From Escherichia phage vB_EcoM_CUA3, in the sequence record PP410321: a DNA stretch of 64,000 nt; one strand, written 5' to 3'. Positions 21,320 through 32,167 of this stretch are shown here, one piece after another; within the stretch, counting starts at the first letter, position 1; each line of letters starts with the position of its first letter. A program made the translations under genes and the position numbers. The notes beneath the pieces were generated by a model, which worked only from the letters and a program-made list of their open reading frames with translations, was not told where the DNA came from and did not search any database.

Positions 21320-21331
21320 TATTTATAAATA
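21320..21331. promoter_or_regulatory. divergent late promoters within palindromic TATTTATAAATA (minus for 26-25, plus for 51)
   Basis: TATAAATA readable on both strands (plus 21324-21331, minus 21320-21327) between divergent genes 26 and 51. Confidence 0.5.
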
Positions 21332-21351
21332 CATCAATAAGAGGATACCCT

Positions 21352-22104
21352 ATGGCTAATATAGTACGTTGTGAAATGCCTGATGGAGTCCACCGATTTA
21401 AGCCTTTTACAGTAGCTGATTATCGTGATTTTATTTTGATTCGAAATGATATGAATAGTAAATCACCTGAAGAGCAAAAACAAATTTTAGATGAGTTACT
21501 GGAAGAATACTTTGGTGAGTACCCTGTGTCATGGCGCCCATACATGTTTATTGAACTGTATACGTCATCTCTTGGCAAGACTAAAATTCCTATCCGATAC
21601 ACTTGCAGTAAGTGTGAAAAAGATAGACAAGTTTTATTTAATTTGAAGCAGGCTAAGTTGGACAACCCTACAATTGAAGTGGCCGGCTTAAAACTGACAT
21701 TCAAATTCCCTGAAATAGAATATCATGATAAGTCTGAATTAATTTTGAATACCATCCAGTCAGTAGAAGATGAAAATGGGGTTTATAATTGGTCGGACCT
21801 TTCTGAAGAGGACCAGTTAGCTGTAATAGATGCTATAGACTTATCTACTTTAGAAGATATAGTCAAACAAACCAGCCCTATTCATTTCGAGCTCAAATAC
21901 GGGTGTTGTAATCGTAGAACAATTACATATACCGATATTTTAGAGGTGTTTAAGCTTATAGTCAATCCGGATGAGATATTTTTATTTTACCAAATAAACC
22001 ATTTACTGGTAAAGAACAATTATTCATTAGAAAGCATTATGCATATGATTCCAATCGAACGTGGTATTGCTTTGTCTTTGGTTGAAAAGGACCTTAAGAA
22101 ATGA
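21352..22104 (+). CDS. 51: baseplate hub assembly catalyst gp51
   Basis: [27 protein letters not shown]... recalled from T4 gp51; first ATG at 21352 with AAGAGGA SD (the ORF track begins at an upstream TTG). Confidence 0.9.
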   Translation: MANIVRCEMPDGVHRFKPFTVADYRDFILIRNDMNSKSPEEQKQILDELLEEYFGEYPVSWRPYMFIELYTSSLGKTKIPIRYTCSKCEKDRQVLFNLKQAKLDNPTIEVAGLKLTFKFPEIEYHDKSELILNTIQSVEDENGVYNWSDLSEEDQLAVIDAIDLSTLEDIVKQTSPIHFELKYGCCNRRTITYTDILEVFKLIVNPDEIFLFYQINHLLVKNNYSLESIMHMIPIERGIALSLVEKDLKK

Positions 22105-23270
22105 GTTCAAAAACTATGCAGCGTGAAGGCTTTCCTAATATCAGCATTCGCCTTTACGAAGATTATGACGCCTGGTTAGAGCATCGTTTTGTTGAACTAG
22201 GCGCGACATTTACTACCCTAACAATGCGAGACGGCCTTTACGGTAGTAATGAAGGATTGCTCCAGTTTTATGATGCAAAAAACCTTCATACTAAAATGGA
22301 TGGTGAACAAATTATCCAAGTTTCCGTTAAGAATGCCAACTCTGAACGTACCCAATCAAGAATTTACGGAAGTAAACACTTTGCAGTAGGGGTGGATTCT
22401 AAGGGCGACAATATCATAACAATACAACTCGCCCCTATCCACTTTTTAGAAAATCTTAAATTCGGACGTATGTTCTTCCCTAGCGTTCAAGAAACATTAA
22501 CCGAAATGATTGGGGTTATTTATCAAGACCGCCCGTTACTTGCTCCTCCTTTGAACGGAATAAACGTTTACGTTCCTAATGTTCCTTGGTGTGATTCAAT
22601 GGACAGATATATGGAATTTGTGCGAGAAGTAGGTATGGCTGTTGAATCCGATAAATTTGTATTTGTCTGGGAAGATATAGATGGTATTTCTATTATGGAC
22701 TACGAATTTATGGTTAATCAAGAGCCTATCAATTTTGTGGTGGGTGAGCCTCGTTTAATAGGCCAATACGTCCAAGATATGGATACCCCTATTGCATTTG
22801 ATTTTGAGTGGCTAACTAAAGCTAACCAACATACCAGAAAGCCGTATGAAAATGCTACAGTATACGCCCATTCGTTCCTAGATAAAAACGCTACACGAAT
22901 TACTTTTGGTGATGGACAAAACAGTATATTGGTTTCTCGTTCAGGTGGATATTCTGATTATACCTACCGAAACGGATTTGAAGAAGCTGATAGATTAGTT
23001 ACAATGGCCCAGTATGATGGTTATGCTCATTGCAAGGTATACGGAAACTTTGAGTTAACTCCAGGTGATAAGATTAATTTCTATGACCCTAAAAACCAAT
23101 TCCAGTACGATTTTTATGTAGACGAAGTTATTCATGAAGTGAGTAACAACACATCAATTACAAACCTTTATATGTTTACTAATGGTAAGCCTATTAAGAT
23201 TGAAGAGCCACCGAAGGTTAAAAATGAACTTAAAACTGATACTCCCGATCAAGAAAATAACGCTGGGTGA
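22101..23270 (+). CDS. 27: baseplate hub protein gp27
   Basis: 389-aa ORF (T4 gp27 391 aa) with conserved blocks [19 protein letters not shown] and AQYDGYAHC. Confidence 0.95.
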   Translation: MSSKTMQREGFPNISIRLYEDYDAWLEHRFVELGATFTTLTMRDGLYGSNEGLLQFYDAKNLHTKMDGEQIIQVSVKNANSERTQSRIYGSKHFAVGVDSKGDNIITIQLAPIHFLENLKFGRMFFPSVQETLTEMIGVIYQDRPLLAPPLNGINVYVPNVPWCDSMDRYMEFVREVGMAVESDKFVFVWEDIDGISIMDYEFMVNQEPINFVVGEPRLIGQYVQDMDTPIAFDFEWLTKANQHTRKPYENATVYAHSFLDKNATRITFGDGQNSILVSRSGGYSDYTYRNGFEEADRLVTMAQYDGYAHCKVYGNFELTPGDKINFYDPKNQFQYDFYVDEVIHEVSNNTSITNLYMFTNGKPIKIEEPPKVKNELKTDTPDQENNAG

Positions 23271-23745
23271 TAAAGAGATTTCCATTCCTAAATTGGGTCT
23301 TAAACACCAAAAATTGGTTAAAGATGAAAAAGACCCTTATAAAGCTCTTCATATATTAATGAATTCCATTTATAAGGGTTTAACTGCAGCGGAAACCGAT
23401 TTCGCTGCTCTCCATCTTTTGGAATTCAATGGACGGTTAAAAGAAAAGGTGACTAAGGATGGATTTACGTATAACCTAAATGACCTTTATATCTGCCAAC
23501 GTCTTGAATTCCAATTCCAAGGTAAAACGTTTAAATTTAAATCGCATGAACCGTTCCAAACATTTGGTCCTGTTGATAGCGTACTACAATCTCTTTATCT
23601 TGGTGATGATGTACCAGATTTTCTGGATATGCCTGCCTTTGTTGCTACATGGGCCGACGATATAACTTCTACTGTAGCTATCCCTGGTCCTAATGGTCCT
23701 ATTAAAGGATTGCTTAAAATCATGGATATCTTAAATGAAGAATGA
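23224..23745 (+). CDS. 28: baseplate hub distal protein gp28
   Basis: ORF overlapping the gene 27 3' end in another frame, position and size as T4 gp28 (177 aa); start at the first ATG (MNLKLILP...), the ORF track begins upstream at a non-ATG codon. Confidence 0.8.
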   Translation: MNLKLILPIKKITLGDKEISIPKLGLKHQKLVKDEKDPYKALHILMNSIYKGLTAAETDFAALHLLEFNGRLKEKVTKDGFTYNLNDLYICQRLEFQFQGKTFKFKSHEPFQTFGPVDSVLQSLYLGDDVPDFLDMPAFVATWADDITSTVAIPGPNGPIKGLLKIMDILNEE

Positions 23746-25471
23746 ATCTAATCAGAATAGTTTTCGTCGCAATAAACTGATTGAAGAAATGGCTCCTCAG
23801 CGTCGTGCTGAGGCGCTAGCACAAACCCAGAACGACGAATTAGGAAATATAACAGAAGCTTTATCAGAAACCCAGGCGGCGTCTGAATTGCTCTCTGAAG
23901 TTGTTGAAACAAAGTCTAATCAGATTATTAATTCTGTAGACCGAGTAGATAAAAGTGTTCAAGATGTTGTCGCCGGAACAGAATTAACAGCCGAAGCTAT
24001 ATCAGAACAGACCCAACAATCTAAAGCTCTTTCGGAAGCATTAAACGAAAAGATTAATAAGCTTTCTAATATGTTGGAGGCTAAATTTTCTGGTATTTCT
24101 ATACCACCAGACGGGAGCTCGTTAAAGGTTATTGAAGACTCTATTCCGGAAGAACCTAAGGCCGAAACTCCTAAAGTTCCTGCTGTTGTTGAAGATATTC
24201 TTCCGCCTGAAGATAATAAACCTGACGCTGAATTTGTACCAGAGCCTCCTAAAAATTCAAATGAAGGTAAAGAAGGTGATAAGTCTTCTCTTTCTGATAA
24301 AATCGAAGCCCTTACAAAAATAACCGAAAAAGGATTTAAAGCCTCTGTGGGTGTGGCTGATAGAATTTCAGGCATGCTTTTTAAGTATACCATTACCGCT
24401 GCCGCTGAAGCTGCTAAACTGGCTGCAGGTCTGGCCCTTTTAATATTTGGTATAGATGCTATTCGTGTATACTTCCAATATTTCATGGACCAATTTAATG
24501 AAGGGTGGAAGAAATTTAACGATAAGTTTAAAGAGTGGGGCCCTGTACTTGAAGGATTAATGACATGGGCCAAGAATGCTGAAGCTATGTTTAGCGAAAG
24601 AAATTGGTTAGGCCTGGCAGAAGCTATTATTCGTGGTATGGTTAATCTTACCAAAAATATGGCCCAACTTTTAATGCTCGGTATTTCTAAATTGATTTCA
24701 GCCATTTTAAGTAAAATACCTGGTATGGGTGATTTAGCTGAAAACGTAGAGGCTTCCGCCTTAATGTCATATCAACAAAATACCGGAGCCACTTTAGATG
24801 ACGAAGACCAGACTAAAGTAGCTAAGTACCATGATAGACGTTCAGCCGAGGCTTTAGAAGCAGCCGAGAAAATGAATAAGAAGTATAAGGATAAACCTGA
24901 GCTTATAAACCAGGCAGAGAAATACGGTAACCTTACTAAAGAACAAGCTGACCAATTACGCGCAGGTGGAATTGACACAAGCTTCCGTGACCTCCCTGAA
25001 GAAGAACGTTTAGAGTATTTCAAGAAACGTGATAAAGCCCAGGCTGATATTATTCGTTTAACCCAAACTGCCGATAATATAATGAAGCCTGATTCTAAAG
25101 ATATCGAAAATGCCAAGGCATTTAAAGCAGATATCGAGAAACAATTGGCCGACCCTATTATGGCTAAAGGTGGAGCACCGAAGGACCTTAATATCCAGCA
25201 ATTACTTGATAAGATGAATAAATCTTTAGAGAAATTTAATGAAGCTGAAAAGCCTAAACCTGCTTCTGTAGCGGAATCTCCTGAAAATACCCAGGTTAAA
25301 AAGGTTGATGAGCAAATGAGAGCAAAGGAAAATGCTAAATATAGTCAGCAAGCTCCAACTCAAATAAATCAGCAAACGAATATCAAGAAAACGAGTAAGA
25401 CCAGCTATAATTTGCCACCACAGTCTTCTACTCCTGCTCCTGGTATGCGTCAAGCTACTAAAGTTAATTAG
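23735..25471 (+). CDS. 29: baseplate hub / tail length determinator gp29
   Basis: 578-aa ORF (T4 gp29 590 aa), low-complexity, helix-rich, between 28 and 48. Confidence 0.9.
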   Translation: MKNESNQNSFRRNKLIEEMAPQRRAEALAQTQNDELGNITEALSETQAASELLSEVVETKSNQIINSVDRVDKSVQDVVAGTELTAEAISEQTQQSKALSEALNEKINKLSNMLEAKFSGISIPPDGSSLKVIEDSIPEEPKAETPKVPAVVEDILPPEDNKPDAEFVPEPPKNSNEGKEGDKSSLSDKIEALTKITEKGFKASVGVADRISGMLFKYTITAAAEAAKLAAGLALLIFGIDAIRVYFQYFMDQFNEGWKKFNDKFKEWGPVLEGLMTWAKNAEAMFSERNWLGLAEAIIRGMVNLTKNMAQLLMLGISKLISAILSKIPGMGDLAENVEASALMSYQQNTGATLDDEDQTKVAKYHDRRSAEALEAAEKMNKKYKDKPELINQAEKYGNLTKEQADQLRAGGIDTSFRDLPEEERLEYFKKRDKAQADIIRLTQTADNIMKPDSKDIENAKAFKADIEKQLADPIMAKGGAPKDLNIQQLLDKMNKSLEKFNEAEKPKPASVAESPENTQVKKVDEQMRAKENAKYSQQAPTQINQQTNIKKTSKTSYNLPPQSSTPAPGMRQATKVN

Positions 25472-25479
25472 GATTGACA

Positions 25480-26568
25480 ATGAAAGTAAAAGAAATTGAC
25501 ATTGATATAGCCTCCTTATTTAAAGGAGGTTCAAAGACCTCCGCGGGCCAGTCTAAAGCTAAACCGGTCCAAACTACGGTAACTGCACAGTATCCAGCCG
25601 AAAGGGCCTCCGGCAATGATACCTCTACAGATATGGTGTTAAGCGATTTATATAAAAATGGATTACTTTTTACAGCATATAATTTTAGCTCTCGTGTATC
25701 ACCAGATTTGCGTAACGACCGTTCAAGCCAAATGACTAAAAAGTTTTCAAAAGCCGCTAGTAAGCTTACTGGTAATAATGGCGGATTTAGTGCAGTTAAA
25801 AACTTGTTTAGTAACAACTCTAAAGGAGTTAAATTTGACAGCCAGGCTTTAGCCAATATTTTACTCCCACGTTCTAAATCTGACGTTGATTCGGTCACCC
25901 ATAAATTTAATGATGTAGGCGAATCCTTAATTACTAAAGGCGGTGGTACTGCTACAGGTATTTTGAGTAACGTTGCAAGTACTGCTGTATTTGGCGCATT
26001 GGAATCTGTAACCAATGGTGTAATGGCCGATTCCGGTGAGCAAATATACACCACCGCTCGTAGTATGTATGCAGGGCCAGATAACCGTACTAAGGTATTC
26101 ACTTGGGAAATGACCCCTAGAAATGCTCAAGACCTTATTCAGATTATTAAAATATACGAAATCTTTAATTACTATTCTTATGGCGAAACTGGTAACTCAG
26201 CCTTCGCTGGTGAATTAAAAGAGAAGATTGATACTTGGTACCGTTCCACGTTTAAAAAAGAAGCCATTGATAACTTTGATGGTAAACTATTAGGCGAAGG
26301 TATTACGAGCTTCCTTTCTAACGTTATTGTGGTAAGTAACCCAACTATTTGGTATATCAGAAACTTTGGCGATAGTAGTTCATATGATGGCCGTGAAGAT
26401 ATTTTCGGACCATGCCAAATCCAAAGTATACGATTTGATAAAACTCCTGATGGGCATTTTAATGGTTTGGCTATTGCTCCTAACTTACCGTCCACGTTTA
26501 GTTTAGAAGTTACTTTCCGTGAAATCATTACTTTGAACCGTGGCTCACTTTATACGGAAGGATTCTAA
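25480..26568 (+). CDS. 48: baseplate tail tube cap gp48
   Basis: About 362-aa ORF (T4 gp48 364 aa); first ATG at 25480 (the ORF track starts at TTG 25474). Confidence 0.9.
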   Translation: MKVKEIDIDIASLFKGGSKTSAGQSKAKPVQTTVTAQYPAERASGNDTSTDMVLSDLYKNGLLFTAYNFSSRVSPDLRNDRSSQMTKKFSKAASKLTGNNGGFSAVKNLFSNNSKGVKFDSQALANILLPRSKSDVDSVTHKFNDVGESLITKGGGTATGILSNVASTAVFGALESVTNGVMADSGEQIYTTARSMYAGPDNRTKVFTWEMTPRNAQDLIQIIKIYEIFNYYSYGETGNSAFAGELKEKIDTWYRSTFKKEAIDNFDGKLLGEGITSFLSNVIVVSNPTIWYIRNFGDSSSYDGREDIFGPCQIQSIRFDKTPDGHFNGLAIAPNLPSTFSLEVTFREIITLNRGSLYTEGF

Positions 26569-27521
26569 TGTATACTTTACAAGAATTTCAAAACCAGGCA
26601 ATTAATATTGACCTGCAGAGGAATAACCTGTTTAGTGTAGTATTTGCTACAGTTCCTTCTTCTAAATCTCAAGCGCTCCTCGACCAGTTCGGTGGAGCCT
26701 TATTTAATAATATTCCTTTAAATACAGATTTGTTTGGCATTACTCAAGGAGAGTTGACCCAAGGTGTTACGACATTAGTGACAGCGGGCACTCAGAAGTT
26801 GATTCGTAAGTCAGGCATAAGTAAATATCTGATTGGAGCTATGTCATCCAGGGTTGTGCAGAGCTTACTAGGAGAGTTTGAAGTAGGTACATATCTGATG
26901 GATTTTTTCAATATGGCCTATCCTACCGCAGGTCTTTTAGTCCATGCTGTTAAAATTCCAGATAATACCTTGAATTATGAAATGGATTTGAACCATAACT
27001 CGCCTAATATAAAAATTACTGGGAGAGAATATTCTCCATTGGTATTAAGCTTCCGTATGGATTCTGAAGCTGCCAACTACCGTGCTTTTAATGATTGGGT
27101 CAACAGTGTCCAAGACCCTATTACACAGTTAAGAGCATTACCGGAGGATGTTGAAGCTGACATCCAAGTCAACCTTCATTCTCGTAATGGATTGCCGCAT
27201 ACAGTAGTAATGCTTAATGGATGTGTTCCTGTAGGTGTTTCTTCGCCTGAATTATCTTATGATGGCGATAACCAAATTGCTTCGTTTGATGTTACATTTG
27301 CTTATAGAAGTGTACAGACAGGTGCAGTTGGTAAACAAGCCGCTTATGAATGGCTGGAAGATAAAGTCCTTAAAGGCGTAGCAGGCATAAGTGAGAGTAA
27401 CTCATTAAGTTCTTCTGTAGCTAAACTAAGCCGACTTTCAGGAGCTTCTAGTGGATTGACTGGATTGGTTAATACATTTGGTGGGCGTGCTATTAATAAT
27501 GGGGTATCGAGGTTGTTATAA
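26568..27521 (+). CDS. 54: baseplate tail tube initiator gp54
   Basis: 317-aa ORF (T4 gp54 320 aa), ATGA overlap with gene 48 stop; last gene of the plus-strand baseplate operon. Confidence 0.9.
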   Translation: MYTLQEFQNQAINIDLQRNNLFSVVFATVPSSKSQALLDQFGGALFNNIPLNTDLFGITQGELTQGVTTLVTAGTQKLIRKSGISKYLIGAMSSRVVQSLLGEFEVGTYLMDFFNMAYPTAGLLVHAVKIPDNTLNYEMDLNHNSPNIKITGREYSPLVLSFRMDSEAANYRAFNDWVNSVQDPITQLRALPEDVEADIQVNLHSRNGLPHTVVMLNGCVPVGVSSPELSYDGDNQIASFDVTFAYRSVQTGAVGKQAAYEWLEDKVLKGVAGISESNSLSSSVAKLSRLSGASSGLTGLVNTFGGRAINNGVSRLL

Positions 27522-27527
27522 CAAAAA

Positions 27528-27549
27528 AGGAGAGCGTATGCTCTCCTTT
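27528..27549. terminator. bidirectional terminator between gene 54 and the convergent alt operon
   Basis: AAGGAGAGC-GTAT-GCTCTCCTT hairpin flanked by A-run upstream and T-rich sequence downstream. Confidence 0.7.
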
Positions 27550-27555
27550 AGGGGG

Positions 27556-27846
27556 TTATTTGCGGAACGAGATAAAACCTGCAGCGGTCATTAATGGCTG
27601 CTTTTTAACAAAGACCGTAATAGAAATAGGAGCTTCAGATTCAAGCTGACCGGTTACTACGCCATTAAAGATATTTTCGGTTTGTTCGGGTTGTGAAAAA
27701 TTTTCAACCGGACGTAAGTCGAACTGCTTGTCTTCACCGAAAACTCGACGTAATTCATTACCTACTGCACTGTCGAACTCTTCAGAAGCAGGGATAACGT
27801 TTTCAACTACCAACTCTTGACCATTAAAACGGAATGCAGATTTCAT
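27556..27846 (-). CDS. hypothetical protein downstream of alt (alt.-1/-2/-3 position)
   Basis: 96-aa ORF with GAGGAG SD upstream of the ATG; positional equivalent of the T4 small alt-downstream ORFs. Confidence 0.6.
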   Translation of the reverse strand: MKSAFRFNGQELVVENVIPASEEFDSAVGNELRRVFGEDKQFDLRPVENFSQPEQTENIFNGVVTGQLESEAPISITVFVKKQPLMTAAGFISFRK

Positions 27847-27903
27847 AATGTTCTCCTCATGTTTATGTAAGGTAATAGTACCACATCCTTGTTGTGATGT
27901 AAA

Positions 27904-30027
27904 CTACATTTTGAATTTATTTGATAAAGAAGAGATGTCCAAAGATGCAGCAAGGATTTCCATAGCCTCATTACTTTCTGAAACAGATTCTGAAATTAGG
28001 AATTCTTTAAACCCGTTCATCAATTTAACTTCACCGGTTTCCATCAAATGGTCACCATCGTAAACAGATTCACTGAGCTCTGAAGGAGACGTTACGGTAG
28101 CTTCCATAAGGTATTTGTGAGATACTCTATCGTTCATAGCAAAAGCCGCTACTTTATCAACCTTCAACAACAATCCACGCGGAAGGATAATTTCTGCTTC
28201 TTCGGCGTATTCTGTAAGGTCACCAGGAGCGATAACTTTAACTGCTTCAGCACCTCTAATAACCATACCAATTTCGGCAATTCTATCTGCAGGACCTTCA
28301 GGTGCAATTGGATTACCAAACTCGTCTTCTTCCCATTCTACCTCTTCGTCATCGACTTCACCCACATCAGATGAACTACCGCTGGTCAATTTAAACAACT
28401 CATCAGCAGAGGATAAAGAACCTTCACCACCAACAAAAACGGCTTGGTTGTCGAGGGCCATATAATTTTTACCGAATTCACCAAAGATGTTAGGCTTTAA
28501 TGAGGCTGATACAAAGTTCTTAAAGTAAAATGTTTTGTTATCGATATTATGACGCAGAATTTTGTATGGCAAATCCTGACCACGATACAAAATAGTACCC
28601 TTAGGAAGTTTAATACCCTTAGTAAATGCTGAGTCTAAATCCTTAATCAATCTAATAGCCGTTGTATTGTTTTCGGATTCAGGTTTACCTAAAAGGAATA
28701 AGTTCATAGGAGCATATTCGGCCGCACAATATTCAATAATGGCGTTACTTTCGTCTTTAGTCAAGCCCTTAGGTTTAATGAGCTCGCCTGAATAAGCATA
28801 CGCATCACCAATAGAATCGTTAATCAGTTTATAAACGGCTTCCATAGCGAAAGCAATTCGGGATGCTTTCTCTGAAGGAGTACCCTTAAAACGGGTGCTC
28901 AGGTTATTAACAATTTTCTTAATAATATCCAGACTATTGGTTGTATTGATTTGCGAAAGGCCGCTTAAAAGTCTATCGACTTCTGTATTAAAAAATGCCA
29001 TATTTTTAGAGTAAATTTCAAACCCTTGTTTATCTCTATTAGCATAGTTTAGTTTAAATTTACTATCGGTCATTAAAGCGTGCGTAAGAGCAATGGTGTA
29101 TCTAAAGTTGGCAAGGTCCTCACTCTTAGATTTAAACTGAGAGGCCTGACGCATTTTAGTAATAGCACCTTTTTTAAAGTTCTGGCTAATCTGTTCAATA
29201 CCTTCGTTCTCAGGGCCTTCGGCCGAGTGAACAGGGACAGAAGCTTCAAACTCGTTATAAACCTGCAATTCTTTAGGTGATAAAGTTTCAGGTTCAGCAG
29301 TAGAATACTGCGCTGCTGCAGCCATACGACGGGAAATCTTAGTACGAGAAATAACAGCCTTATCGGTACGTTTCTCTTCAACCTGTGCAATAGATGCTGC
29401 TACGGCTTCTACCTTACTTACGGCCTGGCCGGTTTTCTTAGAAACATAAACTTCACCGACTTTAGACTCAACCTTGGTATAAAGGTCCGCATCAATTTCA
29501 GGCATACCCTTGATATCTTCGATATTAGTGCCACGACGTGCTAAAAGAACGTATGTATGTTTACCACTAAACTGGAACATATCATCGACAACTTTAAACT
29601 TACCACCGGTACGTGCCATCGCCAAACGAGCTAATACACGCTGAACGGTAGGACCCTTACCTTTCATTTTCTTGGTAGGGAAACGGAACAGAACTGCGTC
29701 CATTTTAAGTTTATTTACTTGTTCATATATTGTATCGAAAATAGTATTCAATGCGCCAAGTGGGTCTGGACCAAGACCACCTTTGAGTTCAGCCGGAGCA
29801 CCCTTGCTCGATAAACTCATTAGAATAACGTGGACATATTTGTCGCCGGGCTTAACCATTTTAATAGCGTCTCCTTGAGACGCATAAGATACCATACGAG
29901 CAACCAGGTTATCATTACCTGGTGCTTGGATAGAGAAAATCTGTGGGATACCTGAGCCTGGCTTAAGATTTGTTACTGGATAGTTTTTAGCTGAATCACT
30001 ATCAAAAACTTCGTTTAAATTTTCCAT
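27904..30027 (-). CDS. alt: Alt-like ADP-ribosyltransferase, paralog 1
   Basis: 707-aa ORF (T4 Alt 682 aa); C-terminal region has ART-like R (LYRGQ), S-x-S (FVSASL) and E-x-E (EEAEII) motifs. Confidence 0.88.
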   Translation of the reverse strand: MENLNEVFDSDSAKNYPVTNLKPGSGIPQIFSIQAPGNDNLVARMVSYASQGDAIKMVKPGDKYVHVILMSLSSKGAPAELKGGLGPDPLGALNTIFDTIYEQVNKLKMDAVLFRFPTKKMKGKGPTVQRVLARLAMARTGGKFKVVDDMFQFSGKHTYVLLARRGTNIEDIKGMPEIDADLYTKVESKVGEVYVSKKTGQAVSKVEAVAASIAQVEEKRTDKAVISRTKISRRMAAAAQYSTAEPETLSPKELQVYNEFEASVPVHSAEGPENEGIEQISQNFKKGAITKMRQASQFKSKSEDLANFRYTIALTHALMTDSKFKLNYANRDKQGFEIYSKNMAFFNTEVDRLLSGLSQINTTNSLDIIKKIVNNLSTRFKGTPSEKASRIAFAMEAVYKLINDSIGDAYAYSGELIKPKGLTKDESNAIIEYCAAEYAPMNLFLLGKPESENNTTAIRLIKDLDSAFTKGIKLPKGTILYRGQDLPYKILRHNIDNKTFYFKNFVSASLKPNIFGEFGKNYMALDNQAVFVGGEGSLSSADELFKLTSGSSSDVGEVDDEEVEWEEDEFGNPIAPEGPADRIAEIGMVIRGAEAVKVIAPGDLTEYAEEAEIILPRGLLLKVDKVAAFAMNDRVSHKYLMEATVTSPSELSESVYDGDHLMETGEVKLMNGFKEFLISESVSESNEAMEILAASLDISSLSNKFKM

Positions 30028-30030
30028 TAT

Positions 30031-32115
30031 TTACCCTTGGATGAATTTTTCTGGGATGTCATAGAGGTCTATGCATGAAGCCAAAAGAGGCAGTACGTCA
30101 AACCGTGTAGATTTAACAAATGAATCAAAAGATACAGGGCTTTCGGAAGTATCGAAGTCATCTTGATATACAACCAATTCACCGGTTTCCATTAGTACGT
30201 CACCATCATACACTACAGATTCTTGAAGCTCATCTGTCGTCATAACTTCAGCTTGAATGAGTTTTGTATTNNNNNNNNNNNNNNNNNNNNNNNNNNNNNN
30301 NNNNNNNNNNNNNNNNNNNNNNNNNNNNNNNNNNNNNNNNNNNNNNNNNNNNNNNNNNNNNNNNNNNNNNNNNNNNNNNNNNNNNNNNNNNNNNNNNNNN
30401 NNNNNNNNNNNNNNNNNNNNNNNNNNNNNNNNNNNNNNNNNNNNNNNNNNNNNNNNNNNNNNNNNNNNNNNNNNNNNNNNNNNNNNNNNNNNNNNNNNNN
30501 NNNNNNNNNNNNNNNNNNNNNNNNNNNNNNNNNNNTCTAAAAGACCTACACCGGCATGGGTAACACCAAAACGACCGAAAATAATAGGGGTCAGTGAAGT
30601 TGATACAAAGTTTCTAAAATAGAATACTTTATTTTTNNNNNNNNNNNNNNNNNNNNNNNNNGTCATACTCTGTGCACGATAAACTGTGATGCCTTCAGGT
30701 AATCTATCGCCGTTTTCAAAAGCAGAATCCAAATTATTAACTGCAGATTCGATATCTTTTTCGCTCATAACTTCATAGTTCTGAGGATTATATCGTCCTA
30801 AAAGAAGGTTATTGATATCGNNNNNNNNNNNNNNNNNNNNNNNNNNNNNNNNNNNNNNNNNNNNNNNNNNNNNNNNNNNNNNNNNNNNNNNNANAGTAAT
30901 ATCAACCATAATACCGCCACCTACACCAGCAAAACTATAAACACGTTTTTTAATGAACTTGGTCTTAGCGGCTTTCCACTTAGACTCGGTCAATTCGTTC
31001 CAGAGGTCGTCAGGTTGACCTTTACGAGTTTTGTTATGCTTAGCCAGCCATTCGCCTTTATATTCTTCAAAAACTGTATTAATAACAGAGGCATATTTTT
31101 CTAGAGCTTTAACAGATGTCAAAGGTTCGTTTTTGATGGCTGTAAGGATTTTCTCTTTAATTTTCTCTTGGATTTCACCTATACCGTGAAGAGGAAACAT
31201 TTTATAATCGTAATGCAACTCTTCAGCAGTGCCTTCAGCTACTATATTAGCAACCTTATTTTTAGCCGCAGGAGAATTGTTATTAGTAACCATTTCTTGG
31301 GCATCAGGGATTAATGGAGCTGTTGCCGGTTTATTAAAATCAGCGGCAGTGGCTTCATATTTCTTAAACAGTTCGCTTTCATTACGATAGGATTCTAAAG
31401 ACTGGCTTGCCGCAATAGCACGTCGAGAAATCTTAGTCTTGGTTATAACCATTTTATCGGTGCGACGTTCTTCAACTTTAGCAATACTGCCGGCAATAGC
31501 AGTTTCTTTAGTAACCTGCACGCCTTCTTTTTTAGAAATATAAACTTCACCGACATCAGAATCTACCTTAGTGTATAATTCGGAATTAATTCCAGGCATA
31601 CCTTTGATATCTTCGATATCAGCTTGTTTACGGACTACCAGGATGTAAGTATGTTTACCGGTAAATTGGTACATAGCCGGAACCACTTTAAAACGTCCAC
31701 CGGTTTTCTGCGCTACCAAACGTTGGATAATACGTTGAACGATAGGGCCTTGACCTTTCATTTTCTTAGTAGGGAAACGGAACATCACGGCATCCATACG
31801 AAGCTTTTTAACTTGTTCGAATACTACGTCGAAAATGGTATTGATAGCATCAATAGGAGTAGGGCCTAAGCCACCTTTGAGTTCAGCCGGAGAACCTTTA
31901 GCTGAAAGGCTCATAAGGATAACGTGGGCGTATTTATCACCTAATTTAACCTGTTTAATAGCATCGCCTTCAGAGGCATAAGATACCATACGAGCCACCA
32001 GTTGGGATTCGGCATCGCCAATCTTCCAAATCTGTGGTACTTTAAGTTTTGGGTTTAAGTTTACAGTAGGCAGGGTGCCTTCAGACTCAAACACCTCATT
32101 CAATTGTTCGGTCAT
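30031..32115 (-). CDS. Alt-like ADP-ribosyltransferase, paralog 2 (C-terminal domain partly masked)
   Basis: 694-aa ORF immediately upstream of paralog 1 with a 3-nt gap; the N-terminal 230 aa align closely with paralog 1; visible VYRAQSM and FVSTSL motifs. Confidence 0.85.
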   Translation of the reverse strand: MTEQLNEVFESEGTLPTVNLNPKLKVPQIWKIGDAESQLVARMVSYASEGDAIKQVKLGDKYAHVILMSLSAKGSPAELKGGLGPTPIDAINTIFDVVFEQVKKLRMDAVMFRFPTKKMKGQGPIVQRIIQRLVAQKTGGRFKVVPAMYQFTGKHTYILVVRKQADIEDIKGMPGINSELYTKVDSDVGEVYISKKEGVQVTKETAIAGSIAKVEERRTDKMVITKTKISRRAIAASQSLESYRNESELFKKYEATAADFNKPATAPLIPDAQEMVTNNNSPAAKNKVANIVAEGTAEELHYDYKMFPLHGIGEIQEKIKEKILTAIKNEPLTSVKALEKYASVINTVFEEYKGEWLAKHNKTRKGQPDDLWNELTESKWKAAKTKFIKKRVYSFAGVGGGIMVDITXXXXXXXXXXXXXXXXXXXXXXXXXDINNLLLGRYNPQNYEVMSEKDIESAVNNLDSAFENGDRLPEGITVYRAQSMXXXXXXXXXKNKVFYFRNFVSTSLTPIIFGRFGVTHAGVGLLXXXXXXXXXXXXXXXXXXXXXXXXXXXXXXXXXXXXXXXXXXXXXXXXXXXXXXXXXXXXXXXXXXXXXXXXXXXXXXXXXXXXXXXXXNTKLIQAEVMTTDELQESVVYDGDVLMETGELVVYQDDFDTSESPVSFDSFVKSTRFDVLPLLASCIDLYDIPEKFIQG

Positions 32116-32151
32116 AATAATTCCTCTTTAATAACCGTATTTATGCCATAA

Positions 32152-32167
32152 AAGGCCCGAAGGCCTT
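32152..32167 (-). terminator. hairpin AAGGCC-CGAA-GGCCTT upstream of alt paralog 2
   Basis: Perfect 6-bp GC-rich stem; on the minus strand followed by TTTTATGGCATAAATACGG, which contains the late-promoter-like CATAAATA. Confidence 0.5.

Noticed and set aside
32138-32145. CATAAATA upstream of alt paralog 2 as a late promoter
   Set aside because: It has one mismatch at the first position of the TATAAATA consensus; it is mentioned under the alt finding but not called as a feature
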